64,000 nucleotides of DNA from Escherichia coli. Its GTDB lineage: Bacteria > Pseudomonadota > Gammaproteobacteria > Enterobacterales > Enterobacteriaceae. Position 1 is the first letter of the stretch; every line of letters begins with the position of its first letter. Location: assembly GCF_003334305.1 (NCBI RefSeq), contig NZ_QOWS01000009.1, one strand, 5' to 3'. Shown here piece after piece: positions 35,781 to 49,211 of the stretch. The position numbers and the translations under genes are program-made. The notes beneath the pieces are model-generated. The model was given only the letters and a program-made list of their open reading frames with translations. It was not told the origin of the DNA and made no database searches.

Positions 35781-36644
35781 TTACTCAATATTCTGAATCT
35801 GCTCGCGCATCTGCTCAATCAACACTTTCAGCTCGATGGCGGAGTTTGTCACTTCGGCATTGATAGATTTCGACGCAAGAGTGTTCGACTCGCGGTTGAA
35901 TTCCTGCATCATAAAGTCCAGACGACGACCAACGGCTTCTTTTTTCTTCAGAATGTTGTAGGTCTCTTTGACATGCGCTTCCAGGCGGTCCAGTTCTTCG
36001 GCAACGTCAATTCGTTGTGCCAGCAGAACCAGCTCCTGCTCCAGACGGTTGTTTTCCAACTGAACCTGAGCATCTTCCAGCTTCGCGACCAGACGCTCAC
36101 GCTGCCATTGCAGGATTTCCGGCATATGGGCGCGGACTTTGACCACTTCGGCGGTGACGCCTTCCAGACGCTGCTCGATCAATGCTTTCAGCGCCTGACC
36201 TTCGGTTTCGCGCGCGACGATAAAGTCGTCCAGCGTACCATCCAACGCCGCGAGAATTTCAGCGGCAATCGCGTCGAGATCCTGCTCCTGGGCTGCCATC
36301 ACGCCCGGCCAGCGTAGAATATCAACCGGGTTGATTTCCCCTTCGTCACTCTGCATTTTTACCCAGTTCGCGGCAGTTACCAGCTGTTTAGCCAGTTTTT
36401 CATTGAGGATCAGCTCACCTTGTGCGCTAACATCTGGCTCATAGCGCAGGGTACATTCCACTTTACCGCGCGTCAGGCGAGAACGAATACGCTCGCGAAC
36501 GACAGGTTCAAGGCTACGGAACTGCTCCGGCAGACGAAAGTAAGTTTCCAGATAACGCTGGTTTACCGAGCGCATTTCCCAGGTTGCGCTCCCCCATTCA
36601 CCCTTGATTTCACGCCGGGCGTAGGCGGTCATACTGCGGATCAT
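35781..36644 (-). CDS. yicC: YicC-family protein (stress-induced, RNase-associated)
   Basis: 287 aa, MIRSMTAYARREIKGEWGSATWEMRSVNQRYLETYFRLPEQ... Confidence 0.93.
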   Translation of the reverse strand: MIRSMTAYARREIKGEWGSATWEMRSVNQRYLETYFRLPEQFRSLEPVVRERIRSRLTRGKVECTLRYEPDVSAQGELILNEKLAKQLVTAANWVKMQSDEGEINPVDILRWPGVMAAQEQDLDAIAAEILAALDGTLDDFIVARETEGQALKALIEQRLEGVTAEVVKVRAHMPEILQWQRERLVAKLEDAQVQLENNRLEQELVLLAQRIDVAEELDRLEAHVKETYNILKKKEAVGRRLDFMMQEFNRESNTLASKSINAEVTNSAIELKVLIEQMREQIQNIE

Positions 36645-36770
36645 AGACGTTCCTGTTTATAAAAGGAGAGGTGGAAGGATTATAGCCATCGATGCCTTGT
36701 CAGGATAGGAATAACCGCCGGAAGTCCGTATAATGCGCAGCCACATTTGTTTCAAGCCGGAGATTTCAAT

Positions 36771-37487
36771 ATGCGTCCAGCAGGCCGTAGCAATAATCAG
36801 GTGCGTCCCGTTACCCTGACTCGTAACTATACAAAACATGCAGAAGGCTCGGTGCTGGTCGAATTTGGCGATACCAAAGTGTTGTGTACCGCCTCTATTG
36901 AAGAAGGCGTGCCGCGCTTCCTGAAAGGTCAGGGCCAGGGCTGGATCACCGCAGAGTACGGTATGCTGCCGCGTTCTACCCACACCCGTAACGCTCGTGA
37001 AGCGGCGAAAGGTAAGCAGGGTGGACGCACAATGGAAATCCAGCGTCTGATCGCCCGTGCTCTTCGCGCGGCAGTAGATTTGAAAGCGCTGGGTGAGTTC
37101 ACCATTACGCTGGACTGCGACGTGCTTCAGGCTGATGGTGGCACTCGTACCGCGTCGATTACGGGTGCCTGCGTGGCGCTGGCAGATGCGCTACAGAAGC
37201 TGGTGGAAAACGGCAAGCTGAAAACCAACCCGATGAAAGGGATGGTAGCCGCAGTTTCTGTCGGAATTGTGAACGGCGAAGCGGTTTGCGATCTGGAATA
37301 CGTTGAAGACTCTGCCGCAGAGACCGACATGAACGTAGTGATGACCGAAGACGGGCGCATCATTGAAGTGCAGGGGACGGCAGAAGGCGAACCGTTCACC
37401 CACGAAGAATTACTCACCTTGTTGGCTCTGGCCCGAGGGGGAATCGAATCCATTGTAGCGACGCAGAAGGCGGCGCTGGCAAACTGA
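36771..37487 (+). CDS. rph: Ribonuclease PH, apparently intact full length
   Basis: 238 aa from ATG preceded by GGAG ([26 protein letters not shown]...); runs without frameshift to the stop just before the pyrE attenuator. Confidence 0.95.
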   Translation: MRPAGRSNNQVRPVTLTRNYTKHAEGSVLVEFGDTKVLCTASIEEGVPRFLKGQGQGWITAEYGMLPRSTHTRNAREAAKGKQGGRTMEIQRLIARALRAAVDLKALGEFTITLDCDVLQADGGTRTASITGACVALADALQKLVENGKLKTNPMKGMVAAVSVGIVNGEAVCDLEYVEDSAAETDMNVVMTEDGRIIEVQGTAEGEPFTHEELLTLLALARGGIESIVATQKAALAN

Positions 37488-37492
37488 TTTTT

Positions 37493-37520
37493 AAGGCGAC
37501 TGATGAGTCGCCTTTTTTTT
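37493..37520 (+). promoter_or_regulatory. pyrE attenuator (intrinsic terminator hairpin plus U-tract)
   Basis: AAGGCGAC-tgatga-GTCGCCTT followed by T8, 6 nt after rph stop and 33 nt before pyrE ATG. Confidence 0.8.
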
Positions 37521-37552
37521 GTCTGTAGAAAAGTAAGATGAGGAGCGAAGGC

Positions 37553-38194
37553 ATGAAACCATATCAGCGCCAGTTTATTGAATTTGCGCTTGGCAAGCAG
37601 GTGTTAAAGTTTGGCGAGTTTACGTTGAAGTCCGGGCGCAAAAGCCCCTATTTCTTCAACGCCGGGCTGTTTAATACCGGGCGCGATCTGGCACTGTTAG
37701 GCCGTTTTTACGCTGAAGCGTTGGTGGATTCCGGCCTTGAGTTCGATCTGCTGTTTGGCCCTGCTTACAAAGGGATCCCGATTGCCACCACTACCGCCGT
37801 GGCGCTGGCGGAGCATCATGACCTTGACCTGCCGTACTGCTTTAACCGCAAAGAGGCAAAAGACCACGGTGAAGGCGGCAATCTGGTTGGTAGCGCGTTA
37901 CAAGGACGCGTAATGCTGGTAGATGATGTGATCACCGCCGGAACGGCGATTCGCGAATCGATGGAGATTATTCAGGCTAATGGCGCGACGCTTGCTGGCG
38001 TGTTGATTTCGCTCGATCGTCAGGAACGGGGGCGCAGCGAGATTTCGGCGATTCAGGAAGTTGAGCGTGATTACAACTGCAAAGTGATCTCTATCATCAC
38101 CCTGAAAGACCTGATTGCTTACCTGGAAGAGAAGCCGGAAATGGCGGAACATCTGGCGGCGGTTAAGGCCTATCGCGAAGAGTTTGGCGTTTAA
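37553..38194 (+). CDS. pyrE: Orotate phosphoribosyltransferase
   Basis: 213 aa from internal ATG ([23 protein letters not shown]...) of ORF 37538..38194; PRPP motif [13 protein letters not shown]. Confidence 0.97.
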   Translation: MKPYQRQFIEFALGKQVLKFGEFTLKSGRKSPYFFNAGLFNTGRDLALLGRFYAEALVDSGLEFDLLFGPAYKGIPIATTTAVALAEHHDLDLPYCFNRKEAKDHGEGGNLVGSALQGRVMLVDDVITAGTAIRESMEIIQANGATLAGVLISLDRQERGRSEISAIQEVERDYNCKVISIITLKDLIAYLEEKPEMAEHLAAVKAYREEFGV

Positions 38195-38201
38195 AGAAAC
38201 T

Positions 38202-38225
38202 CGCCGGATGAAAAGTCATCCGGCG
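38202..38225. terminator. Bidirectional hairpin between convergent pyrE and slmA
   Basis: CGCCGGATGA-aaag-TCATCCGGCG perfect palindrome. Confidence 0.6.
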
Positions 38226-38230
38226 TCATA

Positions 38231-38827
38231 TTACTGCAACTGCGCGGCAATTAGCGGCCAGCGGGCGTCAAAATCATCCGTCGGGCGGTATTTAAATTCG
38301 CTGCGGACAAAACGTGACAGCATACCTTCACAGAAGGCCAGGATCTGGCTTGCCAGCAGGGTTTCATCGGTGGTGTAACCTTCACCCTCACGCATTCTCT
38401 TTTCACGCAATACCTGGCGCAGCTGCGCTTCAATACGCTCGAACAGCTGGTTGATGCGCCCTTGCAGGCGATCCTGTTCAAACATTAGCGCATGACCAGT
38501 GAGGATGCGGGTCAGGCCAGGATTACGCTCACCAAAACCGAGAAGCAGCAACACAATCAGACGCAGGCGCGCTGTGGTGTCTTTCTCATCTTTCAGAATC
38601 AGGTTGATGCGAGTAATCAGGCTATCTTCGATAAACTCAATCAGGCTATCGAACATGCGGGTCTTACTGGGGAAGTGGCGATACAGTGCCGCTTCGGAAA
38701 CGCCGACAGAGGCGGCCAGTTTTGCCGTCGTGATACGTTGGCTTCCATCGCTGGATTCCAGCATCAGCGCCAGAGACTGAAGTATTTCCTCGCGACGGTT
38801 CCTTTTCGCAGTTTGTTTTTCTGCCAT
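38231..38827 (-). CDS. slmA: Nucleoid occlusion factor SlmA (TetR family)
   Basis: 198 aa from internal ATG ([24 protein letters not shown]...) of ORF 38231..38869. Confidence 0.93.
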
Positions 38828-38933
38828 GTTACAAAATACCCCTGAAAATAAGCACTTGCCAGGCGGCACCCACGCTATGACCGCAAACGAAATGTTTGCG
38901 GCTATGTTATGACGTTATTCGGATGCGTATGTG

Positions 38934-39392
38934 TTACTGACGACCAGAGTGACCAAAGCCGCCTTCACCGCGGTCGGTGGCGTCGAAATCTTCCACCAGA
39001 TTAAATTCAGCCTGTACTACCGGAACAAAAATCATCTGGGCGATGCGTTCGCCAGGTTGAATGGTGAAGCTGTCCTGACCACGGTTCCACACGGAAATCA
39101 TCAACTGGCCCTGATAGTCAGAATCGATCAATCCTACCAGGTTACCAAGCACGATACCGTGCTTATGTCCCAATCCGGAGCGCGGCAGCATCATTGCCGC
39201 CAGTGAAGGATCGGCAATATGAATCGCCAGCCCGGTCGGAACCAGCGTAGTGTCACCCGGAGCCAGTTCTACGGCGTCGTCGAGACAGGCACGCAGGTCA
39301 AGTCCGGCAGAGCCAGAGGTGGCATAAGTCGGGAGCGGAAATTCCTTCCCAACGCGCGGGTCCAGAATCTTAACGTCGATTTTTTTCATCAT
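38934..39392 (-). CDS. dut: dUTP diphosphatase
   Basis: 152-aa ORF ([21 protein letters not shown]...); true start may be the second ATG at 39389. Confidence 0.95.
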
Positions 39393-40590
39393 AACGGGTC
39401 ACGATCTCGTCGAGTAATAATTGGCCAAGGAGCTCTTTGCGCTCAAGCGGTAAGACTTTATCTCCGTCCTGCCAGAAAAGGTGTAATGCGTTGTTGTCGC
39501 TGTTAAATCCTTGAGTTGGCTGGGAAACATCGTTCGCGCAGATCAGATCAAGGTTTTTACGGATACGTTTTTGCCGGGCGTATTCTTCCACATTATTTGT
39601 TTCGGCGGCAAATCCAACGACGTAGGGTCGATGGTCTTTTAGTGCGGCAACGCCTGCGACGATATCGGGGTTTTTAACCATTTTTATTGTTAATTCATCA
39701 CCCTGCGTGGCCTGCTTTTTGATTTTCTCTGGGGCCACGGTAGCTGCGCGATAATCCGCCACGGCGGCGCAGCCGATAAAAATATTTTGCTGCTGTACAG
39801 AAGCATTCACGGCGGCTTCCATTTCCAGCGCGGTCATCACATCAACACGTTTAACAAACGGTGGCGTCGGTAGTGAAACCGGACCTGATACCAGCGTGAC
39901 GTTCGCGCCACGACGGGCAGCGGCGGCGGCGATAGCAAAACCCATCTTGCCGGAGCTGTGATTAGAGATATAACGCACGGGATCGAGCGGTTCACGCGTC
40001 GGGCCGGCGGTAATCATAATGTTCAGATGTTTCAGGTCGTTGACGGGCGAAAAATGCGCTACCGCCATATCCACAATGGTTAACGGATCGAGCATTCGCC
40101 CAGGACCGATATCACCACAAGCCTGACTGCCACTGTCTGGCCCCCAGATGAGCAAACCACGGGAAGCAAGCACCTCTAAATTATGCTGCGTGGCAGCGGC
40201 ACGGTACATCTGCTGGTTCATGGCGGGGAGCACGGCTACAGGCGCAGGTGTAGCCAGACAAATCGTCGATACCAGGTCATTCGCCATTCCGGCAGCAACA
40301 CGGGCAATCAAATCTGCCGTGGCAGGGGCGAGAATCACTAAATCAGCCCATTTACCCAGCTCAATATGGCCCATAGCGGCTTCGGCTGCCGGGTTCAGCA
40401 GACTGTCGGAAACGGGATAACCAGAAACCGCCTGCAAGCTAAGTGGGGTGATAAAGGCTTTTGCCGCTTCGGTCATGGCTACGCGGACGTCGGCCCCGCG
40501 ATCGCGCAAACGACGCACCAGTTCAGGGGTTTTATAGGCAGCAATACCGCCGCTAACGCCGAGAACGATTTTTTTACCGGCCAGGCTCAT
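39370..40590 (-). CDS. coaBC: Bifunctional phosphopantothenoylcysteine decarboxylase/synthetase
   Basis: 406 aa from internal ATG ([24 protein letters not shown]...) of ORF 39370..40662; 3' end overlaps dut start by 23 nt. Confidence 0.95.
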
Positions 40591-40755
40591 GATGATTTTT
40601 CCTGTTGGGTGACACCAGAAGTTGGCGATTTTATCACAATACTTTTGTTGTCGTGCCTTCACCTGAGAATCACTTTGCGAGGCGCTTTCCAGGATTGAAA
40701 ACTGGCCGTCGATTTAACGGAACGGCTATGACAGGATGCGAGCACCACAAAGGAG

Positions 40756-41430
40756 GTGAAGGTGAAAAACAATTCACAGCTGATGATGCCGCGCGAAAAA
40801 ATGCTGAAGTTTGGTATTAGCGCCTTAACGGATGTCGAGCTGCTGGCGCTATTTCTGCGTACCGGAACGCGCGGTAAAGATGTATTAACCCTGGCAAAAG
40901 AGATGCTGGAGAATTTCGGCTCTCTTTATGGCTTGTTAACCTCTGAATATGAACAATTTAGTGGCGTTCATGGAATTGGCGTGGCGAAATTTGCCCAGTT
41001 AAAGGGGATTGCTGAACTGGCGCGGCGTTACTACAACGTGCGGATGCGTGAAGAAAGCCCTTTACTCAGCCCGGAGATGACGAGGGAATTTTTACAAAGC
41101 CAGCTCACGGGTGAGGAGCGGGAGATCTTTATGGTGATCTTTCTCGACTCCCAACACCGGGTTATAACGCATAGCCGTCTTTTTTCCGGCACGCTAAACC
41201 ATGTTGAAGTCCATCCTCGGGAAATTATCCGCGAAGCGATAAAAATAAACGCCTCGGCGCTGATCCTTGCACATAATCACCCTTCGGGTTGTGCTGAACC
41301 CAGTAAAGCGGATAAACTCATTACTGAACGGATAATAAAGAGTTGTCAGTTCATGGATTTACGCGTGCTCGACCATATCGTGATTGGGCGTGGAGAGTAT
41401 GTTTCTTTTGCCGAACGCGGCTGGATTTAA
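40756..41430 (+). CDS. yicR: RadC-like JAB-domain protein (UPF0758) YicR
   Basis: 224-aa ORF; JAMM motif HNHPSG; start codon uncertain (GTG at 40756 or 40762, or ATG at 40783). Confidence 0.88.
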   Translation: MKVKNNSQLMMPREKMLKFGISALTDVELLALFLRTGTRGKDVLTLAKEMLENFGSLYGLLTSEYEQFSGVHGIGVAKFAQLKGIAELARRYYNVRMREESPLLSPEMTREFLQSQLTGEEREIFMVIFLDSQHRVITHSRLFSGTLNHVEVHPREIIREAIKINASALILAHNHPSGCAEPSKADKLITERIIKSCQFMDLRVLDHIVIGRGEYVSFAERGWI

Positions 41431-41625
41431 CCCGCTATGCGCGATCCTTCGGGATCTTTGTCTGTTCGGGACTTGAGCACATCGCTGAGTCAGCGTATAC
41501 TACGCCACCTTTGAGAATCTCGGGTTTGGCATTTGGGCCTGGCAATCGAGAGTTCACATAGAACTGCGATGACCGGGCTGTAAAGCCTGACGAGGCGCCA
41601 ATACCCCATACGAAGCTCGAGCTAA

Positions 41626-41883
<258 letters not shown>

Positions 41884-41900
41884 GTACTTAGAGGAAATAA

Positions 41901-42071
<171 letters not shown>

Positions 42072-42088
42072 TTCTCGCTTTGATGTAA

Positions 42089-42120
42089 CAAAAAACCTCG
42101 CTCCGGCGGGGTTTTTTGTT
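42089..42120 (+). terminator. Rho-independent terminator of rpmBG
   Basis: AAAAAACCTCGC-tccg-GCGGGGTTTTTT hairpin with U-tract. Confidence 0.7.
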
Positions 42121-42168
42121 ATCTGCTTGCCCCCATATTGACTGCATCTGTTCATTCCTGGAGATGCT

Positions 42169-42978
42169 ATGCCTGAATTACCCGAAGTTGAAACCAGCCG
42201 CCGCGGCATAGAACCGCATCTCGTTGGTGCAACCATTCTTCATGCAGTGGTGCGCAACGGACGCTTGCGCTGGCCGGTTTCAGAAGAGATCTACCGTTTA
42301 AGCGACCAACCAGTGCTTAGCGTGCAGCGGCGGGCTAAATATTTGCTGCTGGAGCTGCCTGAGGGCTGGATTATCATTCATTTGGGGATGTCTGGCAGCC
42401 TGCGCATCCTTCCAGAAGAACTTCCCCCTGAAAAGCATGACCATGTGGATTTGGTGATGAGCAACGGTAAAGTGCTGCGCTACACCGATCCGCGCCGCTT
42501 TGGTGCCTGGCTGTGGACCAAAGAGCTGGAAGGGCATAATGTGCTGGCCCATCTTGGACCGGAGCCGCTCAGCGACGATTTCAATGGTGAGTATCTGCAT
42601 CAGAAGTGCGCGAAGAAAAAAACGGCGATTAAACCGTGGCTGATGGATAACAAGCTGGTGGTAGGGGTAGGGAATATCTATGCCAGCGAATCACTGTTTG
42701 CGGCGGGGATCCATCCGGATCGGCTGGCGTCATCACTGTCGCTGGCAGAGTGTGAATTGTTAGCTCGGGTGATTAAAGCGGTGTTGCTGCGTTCGATTGA
42801 GCAGGGCGGTACAACGCTGAAAGATTTTCTGCAAAGTGATGGTAAACCGGGCTATTTCGCACAGGAATTGCAGGTTTACGGGCGAAAAGGCGAGCCGTGT
42901 CGGGTGTGCGGTACGCCGATTGTGGCGACTAAACATGCGCAGCGGGCAACGTTTTATTGTCGGCAGTGCCAGAAGTAA
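42169..42978 (+). CDS. mutM: Formamidopyrimidine-DNA glycosylase
   Basis: 269 aa, N-terminal PELPEVE and C-terminal zinc finger CxxC..CxxC. Confidence 0.97.
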
Positions 42979-42987
42979 TTCATGCGC

Positions 42988-43009
42988 GCCGGATGGCATA
43001 CCATCCGGC
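42988..43009. terminator. Bidirectional hairpin between convergent mutM and coaD
   Basis: GCCGGATGG-cata-CCATCCGGC perfect palindrome. Confidence 0.6.
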
Positions 43010-43016
43010 ATAAACG

Positions 43017-44781
<1,765 letters not shown>

Positions 44782-45094
44782 AGTAAATAGCTGACTTATG
44801 GATGTGCTGGGGATTCTATGTATTTAGCTGTGGCTTTACCATTACTTTTCCCGTTTTTGACTTAAATAGCAATTTACCCGCCAATTCTTGCTGAACATCT
44901 ATACTTTTTTTGTATTTTTATGCGATTCATTGATTTCTGCTGTACGTGCAGGAAGGAATCGCAGAGCAACAGTGAAAGAATATGGTTGCTAATGATTTTA
45001 TTTGATTGATTTCTTTATTGAAAATCAACAATGTGCTTAAAAATCATTCGGGTCGGATTGCCGCGAAAGAAGTGATACACTAGCGCGTCAATAT

Positions 45095-45144
45095 CAGTGC
45101 GGTATCAGTATTCAGGTAGCTGTTGAGCCTGGGGCGGTAGCGTG
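45095..45144 (+). promoter_or_regulatory. JUMPStart-like element containing the ops site (GGCGGTAGCGTG) in the waaQ leader
   Basis: TCAGGTAGCTGTTGAGCCTGGGGCGGTAGCGTG with ops at 45133..45144, about 50 nt upstream of the waaQ start. Confidence 0.75.
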
Positions 45145-45193
45145 CTTTTTCTGCTTCACCTTAATCGGATAATCTCAACAAAAAGAGTTACTT

Positions 45194-46252
45194 GTGGATA
45201 AGCCATTTCGAAGAATTTTGCTCATTAAGATGCGTTTTCATGGGGATATGTTATTAACTACTCCCGTCATTAGTTCGCTGAAAAAAAATTACCCTGACGC
45301 AAAAATCGATGTGCTGCTTTATCAGGACACCATCCCGATCCTGTCTGAAAATCCAGAGATTAACGCGCTCTACGGCATAAAAAATAAAAAAGCAAAAGCC
45401 TCAGAAAAAATTGCCAACTTTTTTCATCTCATCAAGGTATTACGTGCCAATAAGTATGACCTTATCGTCAATCTTACCGATCAATGGATGGTTGCTATAC
45501 TGGTTCGCTTATTAAATGCCCGTGTGAAAATTTCCCAGGATTATCATCATCGGCAGTCTGCTTTTTGGCGTAAAAGTTTCACCCATTTGGTGCCGTTGCA
45601 GGGTGGAAATGTGGTGGAAAGTAACTTATCCGTGCTGACACCATTGGGACTTGATTCGTTGGTGAAGCAGACAACCATGAGTTACCCGCCTGCAAGCTGG
45701 AAACGTATGCGTCGCGAACTTGATCACGCTGGTGTTGGACAAAATTATGTGGTTATCCAACCTACGGCGCGGCAAATCTTCAAATGCTGGGACAACGCCA
45801 AGTTTTCCGCTGTGATTGATGCCTTACATGCTCGTGGTTATGAAGTCGTTCTGACGTCCGGCCCAGATAAAGACGATCTGGCCTGCGTCAATGAAATTGC
45901 GCAGGGATGCCAGACGCCACCAGTAACGGCGCTGGCTGGAAAGGTGACCTTCCCGGAACTTGGTGCGTTAATCGATCATGCGCAGCTGTTTATTGGCGTT
46001 GATTCCGCACCGGCGCATATTGCCGCTGCAGTTAATACGCCGCTGATATCGCTGTTTGGTGCGACAGACCATATTTTCTGGCGTCCCTGGTCAAATAACA
46101 TGATTCAATTCTGGGCGGGAGATTACCGGGAAATGCCAACGCGCGATCAGCGTGACCGAAATGAGATGTATCTTTCGGTTATTCCGGCGGCAGATGTCAT
46201 TGCTGCTGTCGATAAATTACTGCCCTCCTCCACGACAGGTACGTCGTTATGA
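45194..46252 (+). CDS. waaQ: LPS heptosyltransferase III WaaQ
   Basis: 352 aa from GTG; GT9; conserved N-terminal RRILLIKMRFHGD requires a start upstream of the first ATG. Confidence 0.88.
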   Translation: MDKPFRRILLIKMRFHGDMLLTTPVISSLKKNYPDAKIDVLLYQDTIPILSENPEINALYGIKNKKAKASEKIANFFHLIKVLRANKYDLIVNLTDQWMVAILVRLLNARVKISQDYHHRQSAFWRKSFTHLVPLQGGNVVESNLSVLTPLGLDSLVKQTTMSYPPASWKRMRRELDHAGVGQNYVVIQPTARQIFKCWDNAKFSAVIDALHARGYEVVLTSGPDKDDLACVNEIAQGCQTPPVTALAGKVTFPELGALIDHAQLFIGVDSAPAHIAAAVNTPLISLFGATDHIFWRPWSNNMIQFWAGDYREMPTRDQRDRNEMYLSVIPAADVIAAVDKLLPSSTTGTSL

Positions 46253-47373
46253 TCGTTGCTTTTTGTTTATATAAATATTTTCCCTTTGGCGGTTTGCAGC
46301 GTGATTTTATGCGTATTGCTCAGACAGTCGCCGCCCGAGGTCATCATGTTCGGGTTTATACCCAGTCGTGGGAAGGCGAATGCCCTGATGTATTTGAACT
46401 GATCAAAGTGCCGGTTAAATCGCATACCAATCACGGGCGCAATGCGGAGTATTTTGCCTGGGTGCAAAAACATTTACGCGAACATCCCGTCGATAAAGTC
46501 GTTGGATTCAACAAAATGCCGGGGCTGGACGTTTATTATGCCGCTGATGTTTGTTATGCCGAGAAAGTAGCGCAGGAAAAAGGCTTTTTCTATCGCCTGA
46601 CGTCACGTTATCGCCATTATGCCGCCTTTGAGCGGGCAACCTTCGAACAGGGCAAGCCGACACAGCTGCTGATGCTGACAGATAAGCAAATCGCCGATTT
46701 CCAGAAACATTATCAGACTGAAGCGGAGCGTTTTCATATTCTGCCACCGGGGATTTATCCTGATCGTAAATATAGCCAGCAGCCAGCCAATAGCCGTGAA
46801 ATCTTCCGTAAGAAGAATGGAATAACCGAACAACAATATTTATTGTTGCAGGTCGGTTCAGACTTCACGCGTAAAGGTGTCGATCGTTCCATTGAAGCAC
46901 TTGCTTCGTTACCGGATTCGCTGCGCCACAACACATTGCTATATGTTGTTGGGCAGGATAAACCGCGAAAATTTGAGGCGCTGGCAGAAAAACGCGGTGT
47001 GCGCAGTAATGTTCACTTTTTCTCGGGGCGCAATGATGTCTCGGAATTAATGGCGGCGGCGGATTTATTACTGCATCCTGCCTACCAGGAAGCGGCGGGA
47101 ATTGTGCTGCTGGAAGCGATTACTGCAGGATTACCGGTACTAACAACTGCCGTTTGTGGCTATGCGCATTATATTGTCGACGCTAATTGCGGCGAGGCTA
47201 TTGCTGAGCCATTCCGCCAGGAAACATTGAATGAGATTTTACGCAAAGCGTTAACGCAATCTTCATTGCGCCAGGCCTGGGCGGAAAATGCGCGACATTA
47301 TGCTGATACACAAGATTTATACAGTCTGCCAGAGAAAGCGGCGGATATCATAACGGGTGGTCTGGATGGTTGA
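46249..47373 (+). CDS. waaG: LPS glucosyltransferase I WaaG (GT4)
   Basis: 374 aa; start overlaps waaQ stop by 4 nt. Confidence 0.95.
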   Translation: MIVAFCLYKYFPFGGLQRDFMRIAQTVAARGHHVRVYTQSWEGECPDVFELIKVPVKSHTNHGRNAEYFAWVQKHLREHPVDKVVGFNKMPGLDVYYAADVCYAEKVAQEKGFFYRLTSRYRHYAAFERATFEQGKPTQLLMLTDKQIADFQKHYQTEAERFHILPPGIYPDRKYSQQPANSREIFRKKNGITEQQYLLLQVGSDFTRKGVDRSIEALASLPDSLRHNTLLYVVGQDKPRKFEALAEKRGVRSNVHFFSGRNDVSELMAAADLLLHPAYQEAAGIVLLEAITAGLPVLTTAVCGYAHYIVDANCGEAIAEPFRQETLNEILRKALTQSSLRQAWAENARHYADTQDLYSLPEKAADIITGGLDG

Positions 47374-48163
47374 ACTTAAAGAGCCGTTTGCCACGTTATG
47401 GCGCGGCAAAGATCCTTTTGAGGAAGTTAAAACCTTGCAGGGTGAGGTATTTCGTGAACTGGAAACTCGCCGTACTCTGCGCTTTGAAATGGCGGGCAAA
47501 AGCTATTTTCTCAAATGGCATCGCGGCACGACCCTGAAAGAGATAATCAAAAATTTACTCTCATTGCGGATGCCAGTATTAGGCGCTGACCGCGAATGGA
47601 ATGCGATTCATCGACTGCGGGATGTCGGCGTTGATACTATGTATGGGGTGGTATTTGGCGAAAAAGGCATGAATCCGCTGACCAGAACTTCATTTATTAT
47701 TACCGAAGATCTGACACCAACCATAAGTCTGGAAGATTACTGTGCTGACTGGGCGACTACCCCTCCAGATGTTCGCGTAAAGCGTATGCTTATTAAGCGT
47801 GTCGCGACGATGGTGCGCGATATGCATGCTGCGGGCATTAACCACCGTGACTGTTATATCTGTCATTTCCTGCTGCACTTGCCTTTTTCCGGTAAGGAAG
47901 AGGAGTTAAAAATTTCGGTAATTGACCTGCACCGGGCGCAGCTTCGCACGCGCGTTCCACGTCGTTGGCGGGATAAAGATCTTATTGGGCTTTATTTTTC
48001 TTCGATGAATATCGGCCTGACTCAGCGGGATATCTGGCGGTTTATGAAAGTGTATTTTGCCGCCCCGCTTAAAGACATTCTCAAGCAGGAACAAGGACTG
48101 CTGTCGCAAGCAGAAGCAAAAGCCACAAAAATCAGGGAAAGAACGATTCGAAAATCGTTGTAA
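47366..48163 (+). CDS. waaP: LPS core heptose I kinase WaaP
   Basis: 265 aa from ATG overlapping waaG 3' end by 8 nt ([21 protein letters not shown]...). Confidence 0.93.
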   Translation: MVELKEPFATLWRGKDPFEEVKTLQGEVFRELETRRTLRFEMAGKSYFLKWHRGTTLKEIIKNLLSLRMPVLGADREWNAIHRLRDVGVDTMYGVVFGEKGMNPLTRTSFIITEDLTPTISLEDYCADWATTPPDVRVKRMLIKRVATMVRDMHAAGINHRDCYICHFLLHLPFSGKEEELKISVIDLHRAQLRTRVPRRWRDKDLIGLYFSSMNIGLTQRDIWRFMKVYFAAPLKDILKQEQGLLSQAEAKATKIRERTIRKSL

Positions 48164-48178
48164 TTTCCGGAGAGAAAT

Positions 48179-49195
48179 ATGAGTGCCCACTATTTTAATC
48201 CACAAGAGATGATCAATAAGACAATCATCTTCGATGAAAGGCCAGCGGCGTCAGTGGCATCATCATTCCATGTTGCTTATGGCATTGATAAAAACTTTCT
48301 TTTTGGTTGTGGTGTTTCAATCACGTCAGTTTTGTTACATAACAACGACGTGAGTTTTGTTTTCCACGTTTTTATTGATGATATCCCTGAAGCCGATATC
48401 CAGCGTTTAGCCCAATTGGCGAAAAGCTATCGTACCTGTATCCAGATCCATCTAGTAAATTGTGAACGGCTTAAGGCATTACCGACGACCAAAAATTGGT
48501 CTATTGCCATGTATTTCCGTTTTGTAATTGCAGATTACTTTATTGATCAACAAGATAAGATCCTTTACCTGGATGCTGATATCGCCTGTCAGGGAAACTT
48601 AAAGCCGCTGATAACAATGGATCTTGCCAATAACGTTGCTGCTGTTGTTACTGAACGCGATGCTAACTGGTGGTCGTTACGGGGTCAAAGTCTGCAGTGT
48701 AATGAACTTGAAAAGGGTTACTTTAATTCAGGTGTCCTGTTAATTAATACACTAGCGTGGGCGCAGGAGTCCGTTTCTGCTAAAGCGATGTCGATGCTTG
48801 CTGATAAAGCCATCGTTTCCCGTTTAACCTATATGGATCAAGATATCCTTAATCTTATCCTGTTAGGGAAAGTTAAATTCATTGATGCTAAATACAATAC
48901 GCAATTTAGTTTAAATTATGAATTAAAAAAATCATTTGTTTGTCCAATTAATGATGAAACCGTATTAATTCATTATGTCGGCCCGACAAAACCCTGGCAT
49001 TACTGGGCCGGTTATCCAAGTGCGCAACCTTTTATCAAAGCCAAAGAAGCATCGCCCTGGAAAAATGAACCGTTAATGCGGCCAGTTAACTCAAACTATG
49101 CTCGTTATTGCGCCAAGCATAATTTTAAACAAAACAAACCAATTAACGGGATAATGAATTATATTTATTATTTTTATTTAAAGATAATAAAATGA
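48179..49195 (+). CDS. waaO: GT8 LPS alpha-1,3-glucosyltransferase (WaaO/WaaI type)
   Basis: 338 aa; DxD motif LYLDADIACQG and HYVGPTKPW motif; first gene after waaP; AT-rich. Confidence 0.8.
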   Translation: MSAHYFNPQEMINKTIIFDERPAASVASSFHVAYGIDKNFLFGCGVSITSVLLHNNDVSFVFHVFIDDIPEADIQRLAQLAKSYRTCIQIHLVNCERLKALPTTKNWSIAMYFRFVIADYFIDQQDKILYLDADIACQGNLKPLITMDLANNVAAVVTERDANWWSLRGQSLQCNELEKGYFNSGVLLINTLAWAQESVSAKAMSMLADKAIVSRLTYMDQDILNLILLGKVKFIDAKYNTQFSLNYELKKSFVCPINDETVLIHYVGPTKPWHYWAGYPSAQPFIKAKEASPWKNEPLMRPVNSNYARYCAKHNFKQNKPINGIMNYIYYFYLKIIK

Positions 49196-49211
49196 AATTG
49201 AGAAAAGTTAA

